Shown here: piece by piece, positions 9,278 through 18,872 of the stretch | Position numbering within the stretch: position 1 is the first letter of the stretch | Layout of the letters: every line of letters starts with the position of its first letter | From: a virus | Lineage: Duplodnaviria; Caudoviricetes | DNA length: 58,241 nucleotides | Reading direction: 5' to 3' (one strand) | Virus record (IMG/VR): IMGVR_UViG_3300046167_000364 | Location: 1 to 58,241 of that record | The notes under the pieces: model-generated | Databases searched by the model: none | What the model was told of the DNA's origin: nothing | Seen by the model: only the letters and a program-made list of their open reading frames with translations | Position numbers and translations under genes: made by a program

Positions 9278-10801
9278 ATGGCTCAACAACTGCAAAGTAT
9301 TAATCTTGTAGCACCTGCTTTTAAGGGTGTTAACACTGAGGACTCTCCGCTTGCGCAGGATCCATCTTTTGCTGAGGTTGCGGATAATGCCGTAATTGAC
9401 AAGCGAGGGCGTATTGCCGCACGCAAGGGCCACAGCGTTACTACAACTAATAAGACTGTACTTGGCAGTGATTCCATTCGGTCTATTAAAGAGTTCCGTG
9501 ATGACGGCGGCAACACTAAAATTTTCTCTGTTGGCAACAACAAAATCATTAGCGGTACAGCCACGTTAGTCGATGAAACTCCCGGTAGTTATACAATCAC
9601 CGCTGATAACTGGAAGATGGTTACGTTTAACGACAAAATTTATTTCTTCCAAAGAACGTATGAGCCTCTTGTCTATGACAATGCAAGCGGATCAGTAGTT
9701 AAGTTAAGCACAGTTGCAGGCGCTTCCGGTGCTTCTGACATACCCAAATCAAACGAAGTGTTAGCGGCATACGGTCGCCTTTGGTGTGCTGACGTAAGCA
9801 ACAACAAATCTACTGTTTTCTGGTCTGACCTATTAATCGGTCAAAACTGGACAGGCGGTACTAGCGGCTCTATTGATATCTCCAAAGTATGGCCTGACGG
9901 CTACGACGAAATTGTTGCGTTAGCCGCACACAACAGCCTCCTTATTATCTTTGGTAAGCACAGTATTGTGGCTTATCAAGGCGCTGAAGCCCCAGCAAGC
10001 ATGACCCTAGCAGATACCGTTGCAGGTGTGGGTTGTGTAGATAGAGATACCGTGCAGTACACAGGTACTGATGTCTTGTTCCTATCACATACTGGCCTCA
10101 AAAGCTTTGGGCGAACAATCCAAGAGAAGTCTTTGCCGATTAGTAGCCTGTCAGGAAACATTACCAAGGACATTATTGGCTCGCTACAAACAGAGAGTAG
10201 CTTCTTTAGATCGGTGTATAGCCCAGAAGAAGGTTTCTATCTTTTAACGTTTGTTGGTCAGGATATTACGTATTGCTTTGACGTTCGCGGCACAACAGAA
10301 AATGGTTCGTACCGTGTAACACGCTGGGTATCTACAGGATTTACTTCGTATGCCAGAAAAGAAAATGGCGATCTACTGATTGGCACATCTAACGGGATTA
10401 GCGAGTACACAGGTTATACCGACAATGCTACGCCGTATCGATTTAAGTATTACAGCCCAAGCCTAACGTTTGGCGATAGCTCACGAATTAAGATCCTTAA
10501 AAAACTAAAGCCAACACTAGTAGGCGCAAACAATGCCACGGTGTTTTTGAAGTGGGCGTATGACTTTAAAGGTACGTACTCAACGGCTGAGTTTACGGTA
10601 GGTGATCAGATAACAGGATTCTTTGGCGAAAGTGAGTATACAACGGTTGAGTTCACTGGCGGCGCACTAACCAACCAAAGAAGTCTTAATGCAACGGGCT
10701 ACGGCACTAGTGTTGTTGTGGGTTTAGAAGCGGATATTGATGGCTCTCAGCTATCACTACAAGAAATTAACGTAATGGCTTTGATAGGAAAGCTACTTTA
10801 A
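9278..10801 (+). CDS. Tail nozzle / tubular protein B-like (stabilisation protein)
   Basis: 507 aa, beta-rich, ADNAVIDKRGRIAARKG and GRLW/VFWSD motifs; synteny. Confidence 0.7.
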   Translation: MAQQLQSINLVAPAFKGVNTEDSPLAQDPSFAEVADNAVIDKRGRIAARKGHSVTTTNKTVLGSDSIRSIKEFRDDGGNTKIFSVGNNKIISGTATLVDETPGSYTITADNWKMVTFNDKIYFFQRTYEPLVYDNASGSVVKLSTVAGASGASDIPKSNEVLAAYGRLWCADVSNNKSTVFWSDLLIGQNWTGGTSGSIDISKVWPDGYDEIVALAAHNSLLIIFGKHSIVAYQGAEAPASMTLADTVAGVGCVDRDTVQYTGTDVLFLSHTGLKSFGRTIQEKSLPISSLSGNITKDIIGSLQTESSFFRSVYSPEEGFYLLTFVGQDITYCFDVRGTTENGSYRVTRWVSTGFTSYARKENGDLLIGTSNGISEYTGYTDNATPYRFKYYSPSLTFGDSSRIKILKKLKPTLVGANNATVFLKWAYDFKGTYSTAEFTVGDQITGFFGESEYTTVEFTGGALTNQRSLNATGYGTSVVVGLEADIDGSQLSLQEINVMALIGKLL

Positions 10802-10813
10802 CGGGAGCAAACA

Positions 10814-11770
10814 ATGGACGACGATATTTTTAACGAAGACGAGTTTGATTTTGAAACCGGCCAGTTTATTGAAGGCTCTGGTGGAGGAAACGGCTTCTTT
10901 GATTTCCTAGGAGGTCTTGCTGATTATGCAACCCAGCCCGGCGTTTTACTCCCAGGCATTCTTGGCGGCCTTCTTACAGGAGAAGCTTATGGGCGGTTAA
11001 GCGACATAGGGAAACAAGCACGAACAGGCGCAGAAGCATTAGCCGAACAGCAACTACAGCAAACGCAGTTTAGGCCGTTTACTGTAACCACTGCTACTGG
11101 CGCTGGCTTTGGCACCCGTGTTGACCCTATCACTGGCGAAGTCAAAACAACCATGGGCCTATCTCCACAAGAACAAGCAATGCAGTCACAGCTCTTAGGT
11201 GGCGCTGGCGGATTTTTTACAGGCGCCATGCAAGACCCTGCTATTCGTGAGCAAGAGCTATACGGGCAAATTAGGGCCGCTACCGAAGCTGATGAGCGCA
11301 TGGAGCGTCTTGGCTTGGAAGAGCGTCTAGCGGCTCAAGGCAGACTAGGAGTGCGTACAGCGCAGTTTGGCGGCACGCCTGAGCAGTTAGCTATGGAGCG
11401 GGCGCAACAACAAGCTATGGCTCAAGCAAGGCTTGGTGCGGCACAGCAGGCACGTCAAGAGCAAGTCCAACAATCTCAGTTAGGCGGTCAGTTTTTGGGA
11501 ATGGGCTACGTACCACAGCAACAACTTCTTGCGGCTACTCAACCTTCACAGCAGTTGGCGGCACTACAACAGCAGGCGCAGTTGCAAGGTGCTGGATTGT
11601 TTGGAGAGGCTTCTATGTCTGGCCTGGAATCACAGCTTATTGCAGAGCAAGCAAGAGCAAACTTGCTGGGCCAAATGGGTACGGGTTTGTTAAGCGGTGC
11701 CTTTACACCACAGCAAACATCGCCAACAGAATCAATGGTTGGCAACTTTATTAGACAGCTTGGAGGCTAA
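10814..11770 (+). CDS. Putative internal virion / DNA ejection protein 1
   Basis: G/Q/A-rich helical protein after tail genes. Confidence 0.6.
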   Translation: MDDDIFNEDEFDFETGQFIEGSGGGNGFFDFLGGLADYATQPGVLLPGILGGLLTGEAYGRLSDIGKQARTGAEALAEQQLQQTQFRPFTVTTATGAGFGTRVDPITGEVKTTMGLSPQEQAMQSQLLGGAGGFFTGAMQDPAIREQELYGQIRAATEADERMERLGLEERLAAQGRLGVRTAQFGGTPEQLAMERAQQQAMAQARLGAAQQARQEQVQQSQLGGQFLGMGYVPQQQLLAATQPSQQLAALQQQAQLQGAGLFGEASMSGLESQLIAEQARANLLGQMGTGLLSGAFTPQQTSPTESMVGNFIRQLGG

Positions 11771-11772
11771 CA

Positions 11773-12924
11773 ATGGCTAAGTTTTCACAAGCATTTTTGC
11801 AGGGCATGCTACAGCCCTCCTATCAAAAAGGGTTGTTTACTGCCGCACAGCAGGCTGGGCAATTGCCGGCTCAACTAAAACAAGAGCGCCAGCAACAAGC
11901 TGAAATGCAAAGTTTTCGCACAATGAATCCTGAACAGCAATTTGACTTTCTTGAGTCAAAAGCTAAGACACCGCAAGAAATACTCAAGGTTCAAGGAATG
12001 AGAGCTGAGGCGGCACAGGCTAAAGCTAAGGCTAAAAAAGCAGAGGCTGATGCAAAGTGGGAGGCGTACACTAGAGGCAAAACTTTAGAAGAAGATAACA
12101 ACAACAAATTTGTTGATGGTGCATCTTTAGCCGCTGTAGATAGTGGTGATATTAATGCTTACATAGCTCGGCTTCCACCTGAAGTTTCTGATTCAATAAA
12201 AGAAAGAGTTAGGCAGGAAGCTGTTGCAATACAGAAATCAAGAGAAGCCGCAGGCTTGATTGCTACAGAAAGCACACTGCCTCAAGAATACATTGACGTA
12301 CTTCAAGCCAATCCAAAGCTAGCAGATAACGCAGAAGCTAAAGAACAGCTTCGTTTGTATAACAATCCAAAAAATCCTGGGGACAAAAAACGCGCGGCAT
12401 TTGCTTTGCGCGCTTTGGTTGATGCAGAAGATAAACGCACAAGAGCTTTGTATAACTCTGACACTTATGCAAAAGATCGTGCAGGTGATGCCCTTCGATA
12501 TCTTCAAAGCATGGAAAGCGAAGTGTATTTCTTTGAAAGTGAAGATCTACCAAGGATTGTTCAAAGCCTAGAAGGTGATGACCTTGTTGATTTCAAGAGA
12601 AAACTAGAGCTTGAGTATCGCAAGAATCCATCAGCTAATCCTGAGCAAGCGGCACGACAAGCATTAGACCAAATGCAAATAGAAACACCTGGAGCAGAGC
12701 TTGCGGAAGAACGCAGAGCTGAACGTGGAAGAGTTGAAGATATGCGAGAGGCCGCAATTCAAGAGTTAATGGCTGATGGCATGGATAGGATTGAGGCAGA
12801 AACAGAGCTAGCAAAACAAGAACAAGCTCGCATTGTTAAAAAACGCCAAGTAACGACAGCTGGCATAGAAGCCGTTAGAGCGGCAACTAAAGAAAGAAAA
12901 TATGGGCCATCTCCTAGAGGTTAA
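11773..12924 (+). CDS. Putative internal virion / ejection protein 2
   Basis: Helical charged protein; synteny. Confidence 0.55.
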   Translation: MAKFSQAFLQGMLQPSYQKGLFTAAQQAGQLPAQLKQERQQQAEMQSFRTMNPEQQFDFLESKAKTPQEILKVQGMRAEAAQAKAKAKKAEADAKWEAYTRGKTLEEDNNNKFVDGASLAAVDSGDINAYIARLPPEVSDSIKERVRQEAVAIQKSREAAGLIATESTLPQEYIDVLQANPKLADNAEAKEQLRLYNNPKNPGDKKRAAFALRALVDAEDKRTRALYNSDTYAKDRAGDALRYLQSMESEVYFFESEDLPRIVQSLEGDDLVDFKRKLELEYRKNPSANPEQAARQALDQMQIETPGAELAEERRAERGRVEDMREAAIQELMADGMDRIEAETELAKQEQARIVKKRQVTTAGIEAVRAATKERKYGPSPRG

Positions 12925-12928
12925 CTAA

Positions 12929-15583
12929 ATGAGTTCTGTTGAAGAGTATCTCAAGCTACTTTCTGAAGAAGAAACGCCAGAGTTATCTGAGCCTAAAACC
13001 GGCTCTGCCGTTGATGACTACTTTAGTTATATAGAGCAAAAGCGAATAGCTCGAAATGTCGGAAATGTAAGGGCGGCGGCTCAGGGCCTTACCTTTGGTT
13101 TTGCTGATGAGCTTGAAGCGGCGGCATCTGACGAGGAGTATGAGATTGCTCTTGCAAAAATACGGAAAGAGCAACAAAGGTATAAAGAAATGAACCCTGT
13201 TTCTGCGATTGGGTTTGAATTAGCAGGCAGTGTTCCTACTGCTGTTGCAGGTGCGGCTGGCCTTAGTCGTTTAGGCGTTACGTCTGCGGCTAAACAAGGA
13301 GCTTTAGAAGGTGCGGCTTATGGCACTGGCTCTGGAGAAAACTTTGAAGAGCGTGCCGCTGGCGCTGTTGTTGGTGGCTTAAGCGGCTTAGCGTTAGGAA
13401 AGCTTATTGATGTAGCGACAACGCCATCGTCCACTGGGGGTTTAAGAACTGAAGGACATGATCTTGCTGATAACTCCTTAAAGATTGAGCCTCAACTAGC
13501 AAACAAAGACATTGAAGCGGCAAGAGCTAACGAAGTATTTGATGAGGTAGACAACCCTCAGTACACCCAAAAGCCTTTGTCAGAAGCAAAGACCGCTGGC
13601 GAGCTTTGGTCTGGTTTAACTGGCGCTGTTAAGAACTTTTACAACGACAAGGTAACTGGTGTATCAGATGAGTTGATGCGTGTTGTTAGCCCGCAAGTAG
13701 GCGCTAGATTTCAACGTGCTGATGAAGCGGCTCTTGCCACAACAAACAAAGAGCTTGATGGGCTTTCAGAGCGCCTTGTTCCTGTTGTTAAGATTATTAA
13801 CGATAGTGAAAGAGCTAAGGGTGTAATACTTGATTATGCCGCAGGCAAGCTAGGTAAAACACGCAAAGACTCTCTTGTTAAATTACGTAAAGAGCTAGGT
13901 AACGATCTCAACACAGAACACATGAACGTGCTTGAGGCGTACCTTAACTATAGTTATAAGAAAAACGCTCAACTAAACAAAAAAGTATTTGGTGCCGCAT
14001 TCCCAGACGAACTTACCTATCTACATACGCGCAACATTTCTAGATACAAAGAGCTAAAAGATGAAGGCATGACAGATGCTGAAATCGAAAAGATGTTTGA
14101 AGATCCGGGTATGGAGCGGCGTACTCGTGGCTCTTATCTTAGTAAAGACTCCAATGCCCCGCGCCCAGAAGATTACGACAATCCAGTTATTTCGGATATG
14201 CAACGAATCTTTAAGATGGAGCGACTTGCGCAGGTGCAAGATAAGTTTGGCGTAAAGATTGACGATGTACTATCTGCTAAAAGAGCAACTCTTTCGGAGC
14301 GTGCGTTAGTTGCCTTAACTCCGCAGGAGTTTTTAGATTCTTTATTTTATACGCTAACCAATAAAGGCATCAGCAATGATGGCGCTCAGTATGCTGTAAA
14401 CAAAATAACTGACACCATTATGGGTCAGGCAAAGACGCCTCACCCAGCAATACAAGCCGCAAACTCTCTGGCCTATGCAACCACGCTTGCCGGCCCTATG
14501 TCTGCAATCCTTAACATTGCCGATATTCCTTTGTTAGGCGCTAAGTATGGCGGTCGTGCCGCACTTGAAGGTTTAAAGGTTCTTAATCCCTTTAAGAAAA
14601 TTCCTAGCCCAGACCTTAAAAAGATGGGCTTAAGCAATCAAACCTTTGGTGAATTCGTTAACAAAACAAATGAGCTTGCATCAAACAATCAAGGGTTTAT
14701 GGCAAGCACTGCACATCAAATGCGTAAAGGCGCTGACTTTTTAATGAAAGGCTCAGGCTTTGCGGCTATGGATCAAGTAGGCAAAAAAGGTGTTATGCGT
14801 GGCGTACTTCGTAGTGCAGTTGATGACGCCAAGATAGGAAATCTGTCTGAAAACTGGGGCTTTTACTTTAATAAAACCGAACTTGATTTGATTGGGGATC
14901 AGTTAAACAAGCATGGTATGGACTGGTCTAAGTACACAGGCGATGGAGCAAAACTTGTAGAAGAGCTTTTGTTTGCCGGGCTAGGTCAACAGCAGTTAAT
15001 TAGTGCGGCTGGTCGTCCTGCGGCATGGGCTAGAAACCCCAACCTTCGACCGCTGTGGGCATTGCGTGGCTTCGTAGTTAAACAGCAGGCCCTCGCGTTG
15101 CGGGAAGTCATGGGCAACATCAAAGCTGGCAAACCAGAAAAGGCGGCTCAGTTCCTTGGTCGCTACGCGGCGTATGGCGCAGGTGGGTATGCGGTAATTA
15201 ATGAAGGCCGACAATTTATCTTTGGTGACGGCGAAGCTTCATTTAATGGGCTAGTTCGAGGATACGGTGACGCCTGGGCAAGTTTGTTAACAGCCAATAC
15301 GCTTGGACTTAATGACTATCAATACGGTCAAATCAAGCAGAACGGGCTACTTTATACTTTTGCTCAGGGAATGATGCCGATAGCTATTGATCGTCCTTTG
15401 GATATTGGAAAGACAGTTGTTGAAGTGCTAGATAAAGAGCGACCACCACAGGCAATCGCTCAAGAATTACCAATCTTTACTCAGCCTATACGAACCGCAG
15501 AAAGAGCGGCGGGAGCTGTAGGGGCAACCACTACTCAAGGTCTTTTGCAAGAAGCACTGCGCAAACGCAATCCAGAACCTTAA
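12929..15583 (+). CDS. Putative large internal virion / ejection protein 3
   Basis: GLTFGFADELEA and Gly/Ala hydrophobic N-region; last gene of late operon. Confidence 0.6.
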   Translation: MSSVEEYLKLLSEEETPELSEPKTGSAVDDYFSYIEQKRIARNVGNVRAAAQGLTFGFADELEAAASDEEYEIALAKIRKEQQRYKEMNPVSAIGFELAGSVPTAVAGAAGLSRLGVTSAAKQGALEGAAYGTGSGENFEERAAGAVVGGLSGLALGKLIDVATTPSSTGGLRTEGHDLADNSLKIEPQLANKDIEAARANEVFDEVDNPQYTQKPLSEAKTAGELWSGLTGAVKNFYNDKVTGVSDELMRVVSPQVGARFQRADEAALATTNKELDGLSERLVPVVKIINDSERAKGVILDYAAGKLGKTRKDSLVKLRKELGNDLNTEHMNVLEAYLNYSYKKNAQLNKKVFGAAFPDELTYLHTRNISRYKELKDEGMTDAEIEKMFEDPGMERRTRGSYLSKDSNAPRPEDYDNPVISDMQRIFKMERLAQVQDKFGVKIDDVLSAKRATLSERALVALTPQEFLDSLFYTLTNKGISNDGAQYAVNKITDTIMGQAKTPHPAIQAANSLAYATTLAGPMSAILNIADIPLLGAKYGGRAALEGLKVLNPFKKIPSPDLKKMGLSNQTFGEFVNKTNELASNNQGFMASTAHQMRKGADFLMKGSGFAAMDQVGKKGVMRGVLRSAVDDAKIGNLSENWGFYFNKTELDLIGDQLNKHGMDWSKYTGDGAKLVEELLFAGLGQQQLISAAGRPAAWARNPNLRPLWALRGFVVKQQALALREVMGNIKAGKPEKAAQFLGRYAAYGAGGYAVINEGRQFIFGDGEASFNGLVRGYGDAWASLLTANTLGLNDYQYGQIKQNGLLYTFAQGMMPIAIDRPLDIGKTVVEVLDKERPPQAIAQELPIFTQPIRTAERAAGAVGATTTQGLLQEALRKRNPEP

Positions 15584-16005
15584 TCCCAACTAACAAACTC
15601 TAGCCAACCTCTTACCCCTGCCGCCCTGTCATTCTCCATACGGGCGGCTTCTGCTTTGTAATGCTTGGCTATCTCTTTGACTTCCTTGTGTGCTCGCTTG
15701 GCTAGGTCAACATCCTCTGCCTTTTCTCTAATTAACTCAAGGGCACCTTCGCCGTAGGTGTCAATATAATGACGCACGAAGTAGTCCGGGCTACTACCAA
15801 ATCGTTGGTGGCATCCGTAGCAGTGAGCAAATGCGTTCATCTTGTCGTACCGAATGCCCTTCTTAGCGCGGCTAAAATAATGAGAGCAGTGCAGTCCCGT
15901 GCTATTTGATTCGTATTGTGTGCCACAGCCTTGGCACTTGAACTCATTGCGTATACGAATGCACCTACTGAACCAATGATCCGCCGCTGTTCTTTTTAAC
16001 TTCAT
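15580..16005 (-). CDS. ninG: NinG/Rap-like recombination endonuclease
   Basis: D.WFS.CIR.R, CxxCG, HCSHYFSR, RYDxxNAFAHCxxCH. Confidence 0.8.
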   Translation of the reverse strand: MKLKRTAADHWFSRCIRIRNEFKCQGCGTQYESNSTGLHCSHYFSRAKKGIRYDKMNAFAHCYGCHQRFGSSPDYFVRHYIDTYGEGALELIREKAEDVDLAKRAHKEVKEIAKHYKAEAARMENDRAAGVRGWLEFVSWD

Positions 16006-16427
16006 TGCAATTGATCCTTTAGTTGTTGAGGGAATGGTACATATACCTGTTTATGCTCTGAGAGCCACCTGATTAGCACCTCAGCGGCCTCCGAGAGTTG
16101 GATAGGGGTTAGCTTAGCTGTTGACGATTTGCCGTGCATGGCCTTTATAACAGGCTTGTACAAGGTCTCTTTAACTAGCACCTCGGTAAAAGGTATTTCA
16201 AAGTTATCACTAAACGGGTGTCGCACGTAATGGCCTGCGTCGTTCAGTTCGGTAGCTACCTGCCTAAACCATAGGTGCATTGCATTGTTCTGTCGATCAC
16301 TGCGCGTAGTGTCTTTGATGTAGTACAGGATTGTTTTGCCTTCCTGCCATTGATCGAGAATGAAGTTAATAAAGAAGTTAGCTTTGTCTTTGCTGTCTAC
16401 TAGCCAGCGGTGTGATGGGTCACTCAT
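16002..16427 (-). CDS. ninB: NinB/Orf-like recombination accessory protein
   Basis: RSDRQNNAMHLWF and SSTAKLT motifs; GTG start. Confidence 0.75.
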   Translation of the reverse strand: MSDPSHRWLVDSKDKANFFINFILDQWQEGKTILYYIKDTTRSDRQNNAMHLWFRQVATELNDAGHYVRHPFSDNFEIPFTEVLVKETLYKPVIKAMHGKSSTAKLTPIQLSEAAEVLIRWLSEHKQVYVPFPQQLKDQLQ

Positions 16428-16773
16428 AGGTATACTCGTAATATTCTGGCGCTAATTCAGGAAGGTTTGTTGCACCAGTATCGTCTGACACTTGATGTCT
16501 TGTACGGAAAAAACCCTCGCACTCGGGGTACATCCGCATAAATCTTCGAGAATAAAAGGCTCGATAATTATTGTTTAACTTAAAGCTATGCTTCCCATCA
16601 CCACCTGCATCAATTTCCCACCGTATTCTTTCAAACACTGCATTTACGCTATATGTTTTATAGCCACGATTTATCATTTCTTTAGAAAATCTAACAAACA
16701 AGTCCCAAACTTCTGGATGTTCCATGTGAAACTTTCCTACTTGCTCCTGCATTTCCTCTCGTCTTGTTTTCAT
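16420..16773 (-). CDS. Phage hypothetical protein (A only)
   Basis: AAGGAG RBS; FERIRWE...FKLNNNYRAFYSR motif. Confidence 0.75.
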   Translation of the reverse strand: MKTRREEMQEQVGKFHMEHPEVWDLFVRFSKEMINRGYKTYSVNAVFERIRWEIDAGGDGKHSFKLNNNYRAFYSRRFMRMYPECEGFFRTRHQVSDDTGATNLPELAPEYYEYTYE

Positions 16774-16793
16774 CTTGCTCTCCTTTGGTATTC

Positions 16794-16958
16794 AGTTTGC
16801 CCAGTTTGCCCAGTTTGCCCAGCCTGCCTCTAATGCCCTAGTTTTACCCCCCTACTTGTCGCGCCAAGCCTGCTTCCGGCGACGCGACGGGCACGCTAAA
16901 CGTGGGCATCAGGGGCATTCTGGAGGTTTTGGGGCATTCTGGGCATTCTGGGCATTCT
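16794..16958. repeat. Inverted arrays of 9-bp iterons, candidate replication origin
   Basis: 3x AGTTTGCCC plus 2 degenerate on the left; 4x GGGCATTCT plus degenerate on the right; conserved at 52770-52918. Confidence 0.8.
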
Positions 16959-16960
16959 AA

Positions 16961-18100
16961 TTACATAGGTATCCAGCGGTAATACTTCTTGCCGTGTGCA
17001 CCTTTGCGTTCTAGCTTAAGGTTGTTGCCCTTGAGTAGCTCCATGCAACTGCGAAGCATTTTCTTTGTACATCCATTTGGGTTTACTTCGCTGTCGTTTA
17101 GCATGTCAAACAGATCTGTCTGCGAGTACAGCTTGTGAGCCTTCATAGCACTGCTTAGGAATATGTATTCGTCTTCGTATTTAGCAATGGCCTTTCCAAT
17201 CCTGATCTGCGCAGACTGCTTAGCCTTCATGTCGCTGATGTCATCGGGGCTCATAAACTCCACAGAGTCTACGGATTCTTCGTAGCCCACTGTCTCACTT
17301 GTTTGCTTGTACTTGAACCCACCCTCGAAGCTGATCTGACTTCTATCCTTTTCATTGATTACTAACAACTCTTGGTGGAATGCAAACTTATCATTGAGGG
17401 GATCAAGTCCGAACATGTTGTCGACATCAGCCTTGAGATCTCCAACGCCTTCAAAAATGAGTCGTCCATCCATGCTTCGATGCTTGTTGCAATGCCCCAA
17501 CAATACGACTGTGCCGCCTGCCGCCGCAAACTCTCTGAATACATGAAGCACATCCCGCATCTCACCCTTGTTCATTACACCCACAAACTTTTTGAGCGTG
17601 TCACAAATAACAATTTTGCCGTCCGCCTCGCCTTCTTCACGTATAGCATTGAGCAGATCTAGTGCTTGATTGGTGTTCCTAAGATATGGATCGTTGCTGT
17701 TTGCCAGTGTAACCATTGTCATTCCGTGGCGTTTACCTAGCTTGGCTTTTTGCAAAGCGCCCCTGGCCCCATCATCCTCGTTGAAATAGATAACATCGGA
17801 GCCTTTAATAAGGTTGTTGCGGATAGATTGGAATAGGTTGCCCAGAATCCATACGGTCTTACCAGCTCCTGACGGAGCGTATACAAGCGTTACAGTTCCG
17901 GTGGTAATCATGCCGGGGATAACGTCTCTTTCTTTAGCCAGACGCTCCTCAAGCTCTTCTATGCGGTCATTGAGTGCCGCATTGCGTAATCTATCTAAAG
18001 CAGATCTCCCATTCTGCCCTGCCATAATTGGTTTTAGCATTGATGTTGGTGCTGTTATTTGGCTCTGCTGATCGCAGTATACTGACCAGTCATCAGTCAT
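16961..18100 (-). CDS. Replication ATPase / helicase (RepA/AAA_25-like) with probable C-terminal DNA-binding domain
   Basis: Walker A APSGAGKT, Walker B VICD, LLGHCNK; adjacent iterons. Confidence 0.75.
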   Translation of the reverse strand: MTDDWSVYCDQQSQITAPTSMLKPIMAGQNGRSALDRLRNAALNDRIEELEERLAKERDVIPGMITTGTVTLVYAPSGAGKTVWILGNLFQSIRNNLIKGSDVIYFNEDDGARGALQKAKLGKRHGMTMVTLANSNDPYLRNTNQALDLLNAIREEGEADGKIVICDTLKKFVGVMNKGEMRDVLHVFREFAAAGGTVVLLGHCNKHRSMDGRLIFEGVGDLKADVDNMFGLDPLNDKFAFHQELLVINEKDRSQISFEGGFKYKQTSETVGYEESVDSVEFMSPDDISDMKAKQSAQIRIGKAIAKYEDEYIFLSSAMKAHKLYSQTDLFDMLNDSEVNPNGCTKKMLRSCMELLKGNNLKLERKGAHGKKYYRWIPM

Positions 18101-18136
18101 TTACTGTCCCCTCTGTTTTGGTTTGAAAAGTCTTTA

Positions 18137-18165
18137 ACTGTGACCGACCTAGTCAATCTTGTCAA
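18137..18165 (-). promoter_or_regulatory. Sigma70-like promoter for replication operon
   Basis: TTGACA-17-CACAGT; B equivalent TTGACA-17-CAAAGT. Confidence 0.6.
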
Positions 18166-18189
18166 TAACCTTTAAAAGGTTTGCAACTC

Positions 18190-18218
18190 TTTACAAGTCT
18201 TTCGAAGTTCGATAGTAT
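18190..18218 (+). promoter_or_regulatory. Sigma70-like promoter for recombination operon
   Basis: TTTACA-17-TAGTAT; B equivalent TTTACA-17-TACACT. Confidence 0.65.
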
Positions 18219-18246
18219 GGTCTGACCTACCAAAAAGGAGACTAAT

Positions 18247-18639
18247 ATGAGCGAGTTAATTCAAGAGCTTTTAGAAGTTCAACGAGAGTTATCTCATGCA
18301 ACAGCTGACGCAGTAAACCCTCACTTCAAAAGTCAGTATGTAAAGTTTGAAGACCTTTGGGACTATGCCAAAGAAGCTTTGAACAGTCACAACATAATGA
18401 TTCAGCAGTTAAGTCACGAATGTGAAGTCGGAGCCTGTATTGAGACGGTACTGCATGGTCATGGCGCATCCATGTCAACTGGCAAGATGATTGTCCGAGC
18501 AGATAAACCAACAGCGCAGGCATTTGGCAGTGCAATTACTTATGCAAAGCGATACAGCTTATCAATGGCGCTAGGCATCGGAGCTGACAAAGACGATGAC
18601 GCCAACAATGCAACATCCGGTGCAAAACGAGGATGGTAA
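18247..18639 (+). CDS. erf: ERF family single-strand annealing protein
   Basis: NPHFKSQY, QAFGSAITYAKRYSL, GI...DDD motifs. Confidence 0.85.
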   Translation: MSELIQELLEVQRELSHATADAVNPHFKSQYVKFEDLWDYAKEALNSHNIMIQQLSHECEVGACIETVLHGHGASMSTGKMIVRADKPTAQAFGSAITYAKRYSLSMALGIGADKDDDANNATSGAKRGW

Positions 18640-18872
18640 CTAACGAGGAAGAGTTCCTTGCGTACATGAAAGTGATACGTGAGGAGTTCGATTTTATCCA
18701 GCAAGTTAAGAGCGCAGTGGCTAATGAAGAGTGGGAGGTACTGCGTTGCATCGTAGAAGAGACGCCGAATGAGGTAAAGGAGGCTTTGAATCTGGCGCAG
18801 TCTAAGGGCGGTGTGTTTACCACCCTTGAAAATCAAGCAATGAAAATCAATCCATTAAGGAGAACACCATGA
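18633..18872 (+). CDS. Small protein homologous to C-terminal domain of unit B annealase (possibly the ERF C-terminus)
   Basis: ALNLAQSKGGVFTTLE vs ALWLAPSKGGVFTTAE in 54278-54883. Confidence 0.65.
   Translation: MVTNEEEFLAYMKVIREEFDFIQQVKSAVANEEWEVLRCIVEETPNEVKEALNLAQSKGGVFTTLENQAMKINPLRRTP

Noticed and set aside
16794-16958. CRISPR array
   Set aside because: Units are 9 bp and abutting, with no unique spacers and no cas genes.
16588-16960. ORFs with CPVCPVCP, AQFAQF, CPECPECPE or GKLGKL (also 24662, 52744, 52825 and the 52807 extension)
   Set aside because: These are translations of the 9-bp repeats, not metal-binding proteins.
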